A DNA stretch of 64,000 nt, from assembly GCA_041747855.1 (NCBI GenBank), contig JBGTEJ010000048.1, positions 19,018 to 83,017 on the forward strand, given 5' to 3'. The DNA is from Acidimicrobiia bacterium. GTDB lineage: Bacteria; Actinomycetota; Acidimicrobiia; Spongiisociales; ZC4RG35. Below, in pieces: positions 1-9,072 of the stretch. The translations under genes and the position numbers were made by a program. The notes under the pieces are model-generated. The model ran no database searches. It was given only the letters and a program-made list of their open reading frames with translations, and was not told the DNA's origin. The stretch's first letter is position 1. Each line of letters opens with the position of its first letter.

Positions 1-441
1 TTCGCCGGGTTCTGCGCCGCGAATGACCACCCGGCCCTCGTCGTCGCTGAATGCTTGTACCGCTCCAAAAGCGACTCGCGCCGCCGGGACCGGGTCCCCA
101 TCGGGATCTACGATTCGGGCCCTGAACACCCGAGCCGTCAGGACAACGTTCACTGTTCCCTCCGGACGCTCAGAAACATTGACCATCCGCGTGACATGGC
201 CTGGCGCGCTCACCTCCAGGACCGAACTGGACTTCCACTCGAGCGGCACGGTTCCGTCGCTCCCTGAACGCCCTACCTGGGTCCCATTCATGTCGACATT
301 GGCGGCCGCGACCGGGGTCCCGAGGTCATCGAGAACGAGCAGATCGAAAGGGGTGGCTCTGCCGAGAAGCGACCAGCCGGCCCAGACGGCCCATGCGACG
401 GTGAACGCGATCAGCAAACGGAACTGTGTTGAACGCGTCAC
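1..441 (-). CDS. Partial CDS, 3' end beyond window start. Secreted protein with N-terminal signal peptide and carboxypeptidase-regulatory-like/Ig-like repeats (GxVxDxxGxPVxxAxV)
   Basis: The minus-strand frame is open from a GTG at 439-441 to position 1 and ends exactly on a codon boundary. It starts VTRSTQFRLLIAFTVAWAVWAGW (signal-peptide-like), followed by ...LLVLDDLGTPVAAANVDMNG... and ...RIVDPDGDPVPAARVAFG.... It is absent from the ORF track because no stop lies in the window. It is divergent from the sigma factor gene. Confidence 0.4.
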   Translation of the reverse strand, partial: MTRSTQFRLLIAFTVAWAVWAGWSLLGRATPFDLLVLDDLGTPVAAANVDMNGTQVGRSGSDGTVPLEWKSSSVLEVSAPGHVTRMVNVSERPEGTVNVVLTARVFRARIVDPDGDPVPAARVAFGAVQAFSDDEGRVVIRGAEPGE

Positions 442-556
442 GGCCCTCTGACAATACCGACGACCATGGTGATAAGGGAGGTTTCCGGGACCAGTCCCGG
501 TTGCCAGACGGGCCCGTAAGAAGTAGTTTTCCACAGGGGGCGGCGAGGAGTTTGCC

Positions 557-1507
557 TTGGGAAGAGCCATCAAGGCTAAGGAGATGCGGGCTGATCGCAG
601 CGTCGGCGCCACCGACACGGTCGGTCTATATCTCGACGAGGTCTCCGACCATGAACTTCTCACGGCCGAGGACGAGGTTCGTCTCGCCCGAGCGATGGAA
701 AAAGGCAAACGAGCCAAGCTCATACTCGAGTCGGGTGATTACCCCCCGGACGACCGGATCACACTCATCAGGGCCGCAACGGAGGGGGACGAGGCCAAGA
801 TGGTCTTCATCCGCTCCAATCTCCGTCTGGTGATCTCGATCGCCAAGCGCTACACGGGCAAAGGACTCGACCTCCTCGATCTGATCCAGGAGGGAAACCT
901 CGGCCTGATCAGGGCGGTCGAAAAGTTCGATTGGCGCAAAGGGTTCAAGTTCTCTACATACGCCACTTGGTGGATCCGTCAGGCGATCGCCAGGGGGCTG
1001 GGTAACAACAGTCGGACGATTCGGCTCCCTGTCCACATGATCGATGTGGTCCGGACTGTTTCCGAGACCCGCCAGAGCCTCCAAGACCTCTATCACCGGT
1101 CACCCACTCTCGAAGAGATCGCGGAGGTCTCGGGTCTGGACGTGGAGCGTGTACTGGCAGCCATCGAAGCGCCAGGCGAGACAATCTCGCTGGATCGGCC
1201 GGTGGGCGAGGACGGGGATGCTTCGTTGCAGGATTTCGTCCATGACGAGACCGCGGTCGACCCCGAGTTCCGGGCAGCAATGGCGTGGCGTCGGGATCGA
1301 TTGGTCCGCGCCTTGAGCCATCTCGACCCGGAGGAGCAGAAGGTGTTGTGGCTCCGCTTCGGCTTGGACGGTGACGAACCCTGGACGCTCTCAGACGTGG
1401 CCAAAGTGATCAAAACCACAAGGGAGCGGGTACGGCAGATCGAGGCCAGGGGTCTGTCCAAGCTGAGACATCCGTCGAGCGATATCGACCTGTCCGGTCT
1501 TCTCTAA
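557..1507 (+). CDS. RNA polymerase sigma factor, sigma-70 family (group 2 / SigB-like; regions 1.2, 2, 3, 4)
   Basis: 316 aa with a TTG start preceded by GAGGAG. Region 2 reads LRLVISIAKRY...DLIQEGNLGLIRAVEKFDWRKGFKFSTYATWWIRQAI, and region 4 reads LDPEEQKVLWLRFGLDG...TLSDVAKVIKTTRERVRQIEARGLSKLR. Confidence 0.85.
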   Translation: MGRAIKAKEMRADRSVGATDTVGLYLDEVSDHELLTAEDEVRLARAMEKGKRAKLILESGDYPPDDRITLIRAATEGDEAKMVFIRSNLRLVISIAKRYTGKGLDLLDLIQEGNLGLIRAVEKFDWRKGFKFSTYATWWIRQAIARGLGNNSRTIRLPVHMIDVVRTVSETRQSLQDLYHRSPTLEEIAEVSGLDVERVLAAIEAPGETISLDRPVGEDGDASLQDFVHDETAVDPEFRAAMAWRRDRLVRALSHLDPEEQKVLWLRFGLDGDEPWTLSDVAKVIKTTRERVRQIEARGLSKLRHPSSDIDLSGLL

Positions 1508-2233
1508 CCAGCCCTCACAAACCTCAAGAAGAGTGAGCGGTCACCACGCCAGGCACGTGTCAGGGACATCTCGACAGGTGGCGTCGTACCGACACCCAGT
1601 GCCATACCGGGGCCGTCTCCTCCCACAAGCATTGGTGAGACAGTCCAGTTGACCTCGTCCACGGCCTCGGCGGCCAACAGGTGACCGTTCAAAGTGGGGC
1701 CACCTTCACAAAGGATCACACCGGCGCCGGCAAGGTGGGCGATGATCCCTGCGCCATCGAGCTCAGGCAGGACTTCCACCGTTGCGACCTCTTCCAACTG
1801 CCTGATTCTGGCCGGATCGCCCTGACTCCCGGTGAGAATGGCCGGACGGTGATCGGGATCTGAGAAGACCCGCGAGCTCGGGTCGAGGTCCAATGAACCA
1901 GACACTATGACCAGTCTGGGGGATGGCTCGAGGCCACGGCCCCGTCTGACCGAGCGTCGTTCCTCATCGAGTGTGACCGGCCGGTAGTTCTCGTTTCGGA
2001 CCGTTCCAGCACCCACCAGAATCACATCGGGGACAGTCCGAAGAGCATGGAACAATCGACGGTCGTCATCGTCACTGAGGGCCGTGGAACCCCCCTCTAC
2101 CGTGACAGCCCCATCTATCGAGGTGACCATGTTGAGCATGACCCAAGGGCGTTCGGAAGTTGGGCGATACTCGGACAGCACACTGTCGATCGGATCGTCC
2201 ACAGGAACCCCGGTGGCAAGTTCGTGGATCACA
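1504..2233 (-). CDS. RibD C-terminal domain / dihydrofolate-reductase-like pyrimidine reductase family protein
   Basis: The MLNMVTSIDGAVTVEGGSTALSDDDDRRLFHALRTVPDVILVGAGTV motif is typical of the RibD_C family. The track ORF (to 2364) overlaps the upstream GNAT gene, so the start is more likely the GTG at 2233, with alternatives GTG ~2180 or ATG 2139. Confidence 0.65.
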
Positions 2234-2242
2234 CCCAGAAAG

Positions 2243-3271
2243 TTAACGAACTGATAGCGCTGATCGGACAGGGGCGATATCTCCCTGCCAGGCGTTGAGC
2301 CACAGGACGGGTTTGAAACCCATCTCGTCGTTGATCCCCAGCATGGCCTGGTTGGAGCCGGCATTGCCGGTATAGATTCGAGTCACCTCAGGATGACCCT
2401 CGAGGATCTTCTTCAACATCGCCGCCTTGAGCCACCTCCCGAGACCCTTGTCACGATGCGCCGGGTCTACGGCAGTGTCCCGCTGGAGGGCAAGATCCGG
2501 TCGCAGCTCCTGCACACCCACATCCGTGTATCCGACGAAGTCCCCGGTGGGGACGTGGACGGCCACATAGGCGCGCACCAGCTCCCTCCGCCTCATCATC
2601 ATCTCCTCCATGGCCCGCCATTTGGCCGGTGTCATGATCATGTCGGCCAGGTCGAGATCCTCTCTCGGGGCGGTGTTCATGACGTTGTTGACCGCACACC
2701 ACCGTTCGATGTGGTCTTCTGGTATCGGGGTCTCCAGGGAGATGAGTCGATAGTCGGTTGCTCGTTCACCGGCACGCTCGATCCACTGCTCCATCAACCC
2801 CCAGTCGATGTCTCGCATCCAGAGTCTGCTCCGACGCTCGACGAAGACATGTTTGAGACCGAGTCGTTCCAGTGTTGAGTTGGCTGGGGTTCCAGTCGGA
2901 CAGTCCATGATCACCTTGGTGCATCCGTGCCCTTCGAGGGATTCGAGCATCTCACCCAGCATCTGACTGCCGACTCCCTGTCCCCGATGTTCCGGGGTCA
3001 CACCTATCCATAAGAAGCTGTTGTCGGGATCATCCTGTGGCCACCTCAGGGCGTATCCCGCTCCAACGACACGACCATCGTCCTCGGCCAACCAGTGGTG
3101 GACGGGTCTCTCTGGAGGATGTTGGGAGCGGAGTCTGATCGCCCTTGCCTCGAAAGTCGGCGGCGCTTCGTCGGGGATCTCGGTCGTCTCGATCAAGGTG
3201 TAGAGGTGGTGTATCGCCAGTAGGGCTTCGTTCTCGATGCTCCCGCCTTCCCACGGTCTCACCTCCACCAT
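2243..3271 (-). CDS. Tandem-GNAT-domain N-acetyltransferase (MshD-like two-domain architecture)
   Basis: 342 aa with two acetyltransferase cores, VTPEHRGQGVGSQML and VDPAHRDKGLGRWLKAAM. Its ATG lies directly against the stop of the upstream paralog. Confidence 0.75.
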   Translation of the reverse strand: MVEVRPWEGGSIENEALLAIHHLYTLIETTEIPDEAPPTFEARAIRLRSQHPPERPVHHWLAEDDGRVVGAGYALRWPQDDPDNSFLWIGVTPEHRGQGVGSQMLGEMLESLEGHGCTKVIMDCPTGTPANSTLERLGLKHVFVERRSRLWMRDIDWGLMEQWIERAGERATDYRLISLETPIPEDHIERWCAVNNVMNTAPREDLDLADMIMTPAKWRAMEEMMMRRRELVRAYVAVHVPTGDFVGYTDVGVQELRPDLALQRDTAVDPAHRDKGLGRWLKAAMLKKILEGHPEVTRIYTGNAGSNQAMLGINDEMGFKPVLWLNAWQGDIAPVRSALSVR

Positions 3272-4297
3272 TCAGACGCCCCAGTTGTCCCGGACAGTCG
3301 CAAGTTCACCCTGCCAGATGACCTCACGGCTGATCGGCCTGAATCCCATAGCCAGGTTGATGTCGAGCATGGCGGCGTTGGTGGTCGAGTTGTCGGTATC
3401 GATCCTGACCATCTTCGGATACTGCCTGCCGAGACGCTCGATCATGGCGGCCTTCATCCAACGACCCAATCCGAGACCGCGGTGGTTCGGATGGACCACC
3501 GTCTCCCACTGCCAGCCCTGGAGCGGCTCCAGGAGATCGGCGGCGACCGACGTCGAACCGGCGTACTCCCCTGTCGGTCGATGCACCGCGACGATGGTGT
3601 TGATCTCGAACCCCGCCTCTTCGTTCTTCTTCTCCACGTCGCGCCACATCTCCGGAGTCATGACCTCGTCTTCGGTCTCGAGCTCCTCTTTGGGGGCGGT
3701 GTTCATCTGGAACAGGATGTCGCAGTATTTGATCAGGGCCTCATCACTCAGAGGTGGCCTCAGATCGAGCAGGTAGTAATCGGATGCCCGCTCAGAGGCC
3801 CTGTCGATCCAAGTCGCCACCAGGCCGAGATCCAGGTCGGCGAGGACAAGACGACTCCGCTGATCGTGGTAGGCCTCGGCCAGTCCGAGTCTCTCGAGAA
3901 AAGGATCGAAGGCACCGCCCTCCAACACAGAAGTGTGGAGCTTGGTGCGCTCATCCGACTCGAGCCAATCAAAGACCGGTCCCGCCAAGGCCCTGGCATG
4001 GCCATTTCCTCGGTGAGGTGCCGAGACGTGGATCCGGATGAATCCGGTATCGAGGTTGTCCGCCATGCTCACGTAGGCGACGGCGACAGCCTCGATCGTC
4101 CCTCCTCTGCGGAGTGTCCATCGGGGAACCTCCTCGAAATTGTTGACCTTCCGCCAATCGGCAACCGTTCGGGCGAGGCTCGGAGGAGGGTCGTCGGGCA
4201 GCGCCTCGGCAAAGATCTCGTGGTAGTACAGCCACAACTCCTCCAGCAAGGAGTCCGCTGCTACACGTGTGTCGACCAAGTCGATCTTCAGGGTCAT
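3272..4297 (-). CDS. Tandem-GNAT-domain N-acetyltransferase, paralog of 2243..3271
   Basis: 341 aa, collinear with the neighbour: VSAPHRGNGHARAL / VHPNHRGLGLGRWMKAAM and shared motifs such as (F/V)(Q)MNTAP(K/R)E(E/D)L. Confidence 0.75.
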   Translation of the reverse strand: MTLKIDLVDTRVAADSLLEELWLYYHEIFAEALPDDPPPSLARTVADWRKVNNFEEVPRWTLRRGGTIEAVAVAYVSMADNLDTGFIRIHVSAPHRGNGHARALAGPVFDWLESDERTKLHTSVLEGGAFDPFLERLGLAEAYHDQRSRLVLADLDLGLVATWIDRASERASDYYLLDLRPPLSDEALIKYCDILFQMNTAPKEELETEDEVMTPEMWRDVEKKNEEAGFEINTIVAVHRPTGEYAGSTSVAADLLEPLQGWQWETVVHPNHRGLGLGRWMKAAMIERLGRQYPKMVRIDTDNSTTNAAMLDINLAMGFRPISREVIWQGELATVRDNWGV

Positions 4298-4337
4298 ATC
4301 GAAAGGCTAAGGCTTCGACACCGCGAAGTGGGCCGAA

Positions 4338-4514
4338 TTATGAGTCCAGGGTGGTCGAAGACGAAACCGGAATGGTGGTCTCGGCCGGTTGCTGGGCGGG
4401 GATGAGGTCGTAGCCTCCTCCGGCAGCCCACCAAGCGACGAAGATGATCATGATGACAACCAGCGCCTTTAGGACATTGTTGCCGGTCTTGACCTGATCT
4501 CCCTGGAACGTCAC
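4338..4514 (-). CDS. Small hypothetical membrane protein (58 aa)
   Basis: A GTG-initiated ORF not in the track (under 60 aa): VTFQGDQVKTGNNVLKALVVIMIIFVAWWAAGGGYDLIPAQQPAETTIPVSSSTTLDS. It has GC-rich third positions and one TM helix, and lies 24 nt downstream of the 84-aa membrane-protein gene on the same strand. Confidence 0.25.
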   Translation of the reverse strand: MTFQGDQVKTGNNVLKALVVIMIIFVAWWAAGGGYDLIPAQQPAETTIPVSSSTTLDS

Positions 4515-4538
4515 GTAACGGGAGGTTAGTGATTCAGC

Positions 4539-4793
4539 TCAGCTGACCTCGGCCTTGAACATGCCCCAGTCCCTGAGGACGGGTATCACCTGGTTGGCTA
4601 TATCGCTTGCCTTGTCCTCCCCGACCCGCCCGGCCAGTTTGGATTCCATTTTGGCCCTCGCCTCGGTTTCGGTCAGACCAGAGAATTCCTCTTTCTTAGC
4701 TGCGAGGAACCTGGTCAGTGCAAACATGATCCCGAAGAAGATGCCCAGCTTGGTGAGTGCCCGGATCGGGTGACGGTCGCTTTCAGACTTCAT
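4539..4793 (-). CDS. Small hypothetical membrane protein (84 aa)
   Basis: The track ORF (183 aa) is over-extended. A GGAGG SD sits 7 nt upstream of the ATG at 4793. The product is MKSESDRHPIRALTKLGIFFGIMFALTRFLAAKKEEFSGLTETEARAKM... with one TM helix. Confidence 0.5.
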   Translation of the reverse strand: MKSESDRHPIRALTKLGIFFGIMFALTRFLAAKKEEFSGLTETEARAKMESKLAGRVGEDKASDIANQVIPVLRDWGMFKAEVS

Positions 4794-4923
4794 ATATACC
4801 TCCACCCACGACTGTAACGCCGTTCGGGAATTGGATGACCGAGAACGATACTGAGGGTCCATTTTTCGCGATCTGCCACGTTGCCCTTCACTCCCGGCGT
4901 CTGATCCCGTAGGTTCCTGATCC

Positions 4924-5493
4924 ATGGCCCGGTATGCAATCGCCGCGCTCATGATCGTTGCTCTGGCGACCGGTCTCTGGTGGTTCCTCGCCTCCGACGA
5001 GAGCACGGACACGACCATCCTTCTGGCAGATCCTCCATCGACGATGGCCCCAGCGCCAACCACTATCACCGACGAACAGCCGACGACCACAACGACAGAT
5101 AGTCATGTCGTCGAGACGGTCGAAGAGGCGGAGGCGATCCTGCGGGGGCTCTGGTTCGGATGGTTCGAAGGCATCTACAACCAGGACGAGGACCGGATCC
5201 GGGAGGTAGTCGCCACCGAGGAACAGGTTGAGGTGGCGCGAGGCCAGTTTGCAGTCATGGAGTTTCTTAGCCGTCCTACCTCAGAAGGCATCAGTCTCGA
5301 GAACACCGAGATCCTCAGGACAGACGCTGAGTGTCTCGCCTTAGAAGCGACCGTTGTGCTCTCAGATTTCAGAGTTGGCGAGTCTCATGTCTTGCACGTG
5401 GTCCGCTGGATCGGCGATCGATGGGTACTGCTCGGCCTTCGAGCTGATAGGGAAGACTTGTGGGAATCCGACTGCGAACGTTCGCTTTCGTAG
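4924..5493 (+). CDS. Hypothetical membrane-anchored protein (N-terminal TM, Thr/Pro-rich segment)
   Basis: 189 aa: MARYAIAALMIVALATGLWWFLA, then PAPTTITDEQPTTTTTD, then a globular domain. Confidence 0.45.
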   Translation: MARYAIAALMIVALATGLWWFLASDESTDTTILLADPPSTMAPAPTTITDEQPTTTTTDSHVVETVEEAEAILRGLWFGWFEGIYNQDEDRIREVVATEEQVEVARGQFAVMEFLSRPTSEGISLENTEILRTDAECLALEATVVLSDFRVGESHVLHVVRWIGDRWVLLGLRADREDLWESDCERSLS

Positions 5494-6317
5494 CAATTCT
5501 TGGCTTTTCCTGGTTGACACCCGAGCCTGCCCAGGCGCAGGGGTCCGTGGTCTACATCGCGTGTTGGACCGCGCTCGAAATGGACCCCGTCCTTGGTCAT
5601 CAAGTGCAAGTCACGCGATGCCGTCTGGCCGGTGGGGAGATCGTCGAGTACCGACGGGAGACCGATATCCCTCTCGTCCTCAACCCGAATCTTGGTGTGG
5701 ACAACGACGGTGTTTGCTGGTTCCTCACCTCGATGTCGACCCCGTACGTCATCGTCGACCAGGCGGCCAACGGGGAAGCATCCATCGCCTTCGACCCTCC
5801 CACAGGTGGCAACTCTTCATTGGTCCCTCTCGGGTACTTTCGCCGCTGCACGTCCGAACCCAGGGTGGGTGTCTGGGAGGAGGGTCTGATCTGGGAGTAC
5901 CTCGCCAGCTATCTTCACCCCCCACCCACACCCGAAATGAGTCCTCCCACCGGTTTCGGGGTTACGGGTGTGGCGGCTTTCGCCGGTGTGGAAGTCCCGG
6001 GGACCCACCGGGCCGTCATAGGCGATCCGATCAACCAGTTGGAACTGGAGGTCAGGGTCATTGCTGTGGTCATCGACTGGGGTGACTACAGCGTCGTCAC
6101 ATATCCGCCTAGCCAAGGGGTCCTGGCCGGCTTTCCGGATGGTGGAGCCTGGCATCTGTACACCGCAAAGAACGGGACGACCACCCTGTCAGTCTCCTAC
6201 GTCTGGGACGTCCGCTGGCGCAGTGGCGGCGCTCCATGGCAGACCCTGAACGTCCCACCGACCACTACGACTCTCGTCTATCCCGTGTCCGAGATCATCT
6301 CAGTGCTGTCTCGCTAG
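5460..6317 (+). CDS. Hypothetical secreted protein (signal peptide ...PAQAQG)
   Basis: 285 aa with a Sec-type signal peptide, MGIRLRTFAFVAILGFSWLTPEPAQA. It overlaps the previous gene by 34 nt. The start is uncertain and no recognisable domain was found. Confidence 0.45.
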   Translation: MGIRLRTFAFVAILGFSWLTPEPAQAQGSVVYIACWTALEMDPVLGHQVQVTRCRLAGGEIVEYRRETDIPLVLNPNLGVDNDGVCWFLTSMSTPYVIVDQAANGEASIAFDPPTGGNSSLVPLGYFRRCTSEPRVGVWEEGLIWEYLASYLHPPPTPEMSPPTGFGVTGVAAFAGVEVPGTHRAVIGDPINQLELEVRVIAVVIDWGDYSVVTYPPSQGVLAGFPDGGAWHLYTAKNGTTTLSVSYVWDVRWRSGGAPWQTLNVPPTTTTLVYPVSEIISVLSR

Positions 6318-6391
6318 GGCCCACATCCGACTTGACCCCAGCGAGATGAGGGTTATGGTTTCGCCTTCGGAGTCAGAACCAACCCAAATTC

Positions 6392-7126
6392 ATGCATAGC
6401 AACAGCGTCTACGCGATGGTCGCTGCCATCGCTCTAACCGCAGGTCTCGTCCTGGTGATGGGTGGGTCCCCAACGACGCGTCAAAGTGACACCCACGCCA
6501 TCGAGCTCGTTGCAACCTCCACGACTGCCACCGCAACCGACTCGACAGTCGCGGCCAAGACTGTGGAACCATCCCCAGAACCCACCGCCGAAGCGGACAT
6601 CAACGAGATCCTCGGAGCGGGGGTCGGGCAAATGGTCGAGGAGACCACCACGACTACCACACTTCCGGCACCGACCACGACCAAGCCGTCGGCAACAAGT
6701 CCGACAACCACGAAGCCCAAGTCGACTACCACCACCCGGCCCACACCGACCACAACCGCTCTTCCGGGAGAGTTCCGGTCGGACTTCGAAGCCGAGTTCC
6801 TCGCCCACATCAATTCATTCAGGGCTGCCAGCGGCCTACCTGCCTTGAGCCGCGACGGATCACTGAACAGCAGGGCGCGGGACTGGTCGAAGCGAATGGC
6901 CGACAACGGCAAGCTCTCCCACTCCAACATCGCCAACCTCCTACCACCCTGGTCGGCTGCCGGTGAGAATGTCGGACGGGGTGGCTCGGTCACCAGTCTC
7001 TTCGATGCCCTGGTCAACAGCCCAGGTCACCGGGCGAACATACTGGGCGACTACACCCACATTGGGATCGGTGTCTGGGCGGCGGGCAATGGCAACCTCT
7101 GGACCACCCACGTCTTCACTCGATAG
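6392..7126 (+). CDS. Secreted CAP/SCP (PR-1-like, YkwD-type) domain protein with N-terminal anchor and Thr/Pro-rich linker
   Basis: The C-terminal region LSRDGSLNSRARDWSKRMADNGKLSHSN...GENVGRGGS...SPGHRANILGDYTHIGIGV matches the CAP-domain signature. The linker is TTTTTTLPAPTTTKPSATSPTTTKPKSTTTTRPTPTTT. Confidence 0.7.
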   Translation: MHSNSVYAMVAAIALTAGLVLVMGGSPTTRQSDTHAIELVATSTTATATDSTVAAKTVEPSPEPTAEADINEILGAGVGQMVEETTTTTTLPAPTTTKPSATSPTTTKPKSTTTTRPTPTTTALPGEFRSDFEAEFLAHINSFRAASGLPALSRDGSLNSRARDWSKRMADNGKLSHSNIANLLPPWSAAGENVGRGGSVTSLFDALVNSPGHRANILGDYTHIGIGVWAAGNGNLWTTHVFTR

Positions 7127-7197
7127 GCGATCCCTGGTCAAGTTTCCCGGCGCCCCCCGACGCCCAACGGCGTGACCCTTCGACAGCGGATAGCCGG

Positions 7198-8562
7198 CTA
7201 GGCAACGACCACGGTCTTGGCGTTGAGGAACTCCTTCATACCGAGGTCGGAGAGTTCACGTCCGAAGCCACTCGTCTTGATGCCCCCAAACGGCAACCGG
7301 GGATCGGAAGCAACCAGGGCATTGACGAAACATGATCCTGCCTGAAGTTGATCCCTGGCCACTCGCTCACCCAATTCCAGGTCCGAAGTGAAGATCGCGG
7401 CACCGAGTCCGAACTCGGAGTCGTTGGCGATGCGCACCGCATCGTCAACCCCCTTTGCGGCGATCACCGCTGCCACCGGCCCGAATGTCTCCTCGTGGTA
7501 TATCGCCATCCCTTTCTCCACTCCGGCGATCAAGGTCGGCGGGTAGTAGGCCCCCGGTCCATCCGGAATCACACCACCCATGACCAGGCGTCCACCACCC
7601 TCGACCGTGCGGACGACCTGATCGTGGAGCTCGTCACGGAGATCGGCCCGCGCCATGGGCCCGAGAGTCGTGGCCGGATCGAATGGGTCCCCCATGACCG
7701 CCTTCCCCAAACCCGTCGCCAAAAGGTTGGTGAACTCGTCTACCACCGACTCGTCGACTATGAAACGTTTCGCTGAGATGCATGACTGCCCACCGTTGAT
7801 CAACCGCGATGCCGCGCAAGCGCTCGCGGCCGCTTCGAGATCGGCGTCGGCCAAGACCAAATAGGGATCGGACCCCCCGAGTTCGAGGACCGTCTTCTTG
7901 AGTAGGCTCCCGGCCTTGGTGGCCACGGCCCGGCCAGCGGGATCTGAGCCGGTGAGTGTTGCGGCGACGACATGGGAACTTTCGAGGATCTCATCGACTC
8001 GACGAGCCGGGACCACCAGAGTCCTGAAAAGACCGTCGGGGAAGCCAGCCTCGACCACCAAACGGTCGATGGCCAGAGCCGAACCGGTCACGTTCGAGGC
8101 ATGCTTGAGAAGTCCCCCGTTGCCAGCCATGAGGGCGGGGGCTAGGAAACGAAAGACCTGCCAGAACGGGAAGTTCCACGGCATCACCGCCAGGACTACC
8201 CCTAGTGGGCGATAGGCGACATAGCTCTTGGTGCGGTCGGCGTCGATTGGTTCGTCGGCCAAGATCCGCTCGGCATGCTCGGCGTAGTGCCGACACACCC
8301 ATGCGCACTTTTCGACTTCGGATCGTCCTTGGGCGAGAGGCTTACCCATCTCTTGTGCCATGAGAACCGCGATCTCATCCCTCTCGAGGTCGAGCAGTTC
8401 GGCGAGTCGGTTCATCGGCTCGGCCCGCTCAGCGAATGTGGTCCGCTCCCACTCGCGCTGAAGACGTGCTGCCGTTTCGATGTGAGTGGCGACGTCCTCC
8501 GGTGAAGTCTCCTCGTACTCGGCCAGAAGTCGGCCATCTGCAGGGCTTACTGAGGCGATCAT
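7198..8562 (-). CDS. NAD(P)-dependent aldehyde dehydrogenase (succinate-semialdehyde dehydrogenase-like)
   Basis: 454 aa with ALDH motifs: VLELGGSDP, catalytic Cys in GQSCISAKR, and EETFGPV. Confidence 0.9.
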   Translation of the reverse strand: MIASVSPADGRLLAEYEETSPEDVATHIETAARLQREWERTTFAERAEPMNRLAELLDLERDEIAVLMAQEMGKPLAQGRSEVEKCAWVCRHYAEHAERILADEPIDADRTKSYVAYRPLGVVLAVMPWNFPFWQVFRFLAPALMAGNGGLLKHASNVTGSALAIDRLVVEAGFPDGLFRTLVVPARRVDEILESSHVVAATLTGSDPAGRAVATKAGSLLKKTVLELGGSDPYLVLADADLEAAASACAASRLINGGQSCISAKRFIVDESVVDEFTNLLATGLGKAVMGDPFDPATTLGPMARADLRDELHDQVVRTVEGGGRLVMGGVIPDGPGAYYPPTLIAGVEKGMAIYHEETFGPVAAVIAAKGVDDAVRIANDSEFGLGAAIFTSDLELGERVARDQLQAGSCFVNALVASDPRLPFGGIKTSGFGRELSDLGMKEFLNAKTVVVA

Positions 8563-8604
8563 CTAGTCATTATGGCCGACTCGGAGACACCTGCCTCCGG
8601 ACGG

Positions 8605-8994
8605 TCAGCCGGGCGCTACGGAATTCTGATCGATCCGGATCGGAATCCAAAGGTCCTCGCCGGTCAGTTCCTGATTGGAAGCCATCGACCACGCGTGCAG
8701 ATCGCACGCAAACCCATCCGGGACCATGAACTGTGCCTGGTCCCCGCAGGCACTGCAGGTTGTACGGCGTCCGGTGGCAGCCACGCCGGTACGAGCGGGA
8801 TTGTCGGGAAAAATGCGAACGGTATCTTCGACGAAACGCACCGATACCAGGCCACAGGTCTCGCATACCTGTCGTTCCAGACCCGCATTGGTCGTGCTCA
8901 TGACCGCGTCATGTGGACACCGGCCCATATTGGGACGGCGGAATTTTGACCACTCAGCCAACGGATCCTCCCTGATATAACCGCTCGGTAACAC
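8605..8994 (-). CDS. Hypothetical Cys-rich (putative zinc-ribbon) protein
   Basis: 129-aa ORF with a CPHD...CETCG...CSACG...CDLH arrangement. No SD was found and the AT-ending codon usage is atypical for this genome. Low confidence. Confidence 0.25.
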   Translation of the reverse strand: MLPSGYIREDPLAEWSKFRRPNMGRCPHDAVMSTTNAGLERQVCETCGLVSVRFVEDTVRIFPDNPARTGVAATGRRTTCSACGDQAQFMVPDGFACDLHAWSMASNQELTGEDLWIPIRIDQNSVAPG

Positions 8995-9072
8995 TCAGAA
9001 TACGCCCGCTCTGCTCTTTGACCCATAGCCAAAACTCCAACCCACAGGCGGACTAGTCCGCCGACGGAGAGG

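Noticed and set aside
23-451. Plus-strand 142-aa ORF at the window start
   Set aside because: It has an S/T/R/P-rich antisense-like composition and no domain signature. The opposite strand encodes a convincing signal-peptide protein in an open frame, so this is treated as a shadow ORF.
3482-4405. Plus-strand 307-aa ORF
   Set aside because: It is entirely antisense to the well-supported double-GNAT gene (3272..4297). An R/G/P-rich translation typical of high-GC shadow frames.
8572-8949. Plus-strand 125-aa ORF in the ALDH-MFS gap
   Set aside because: It has low-complexity G/S/A composition and no motifs. The opposite-strand Cys-motif ORF is the (weak) preferred interpretation.
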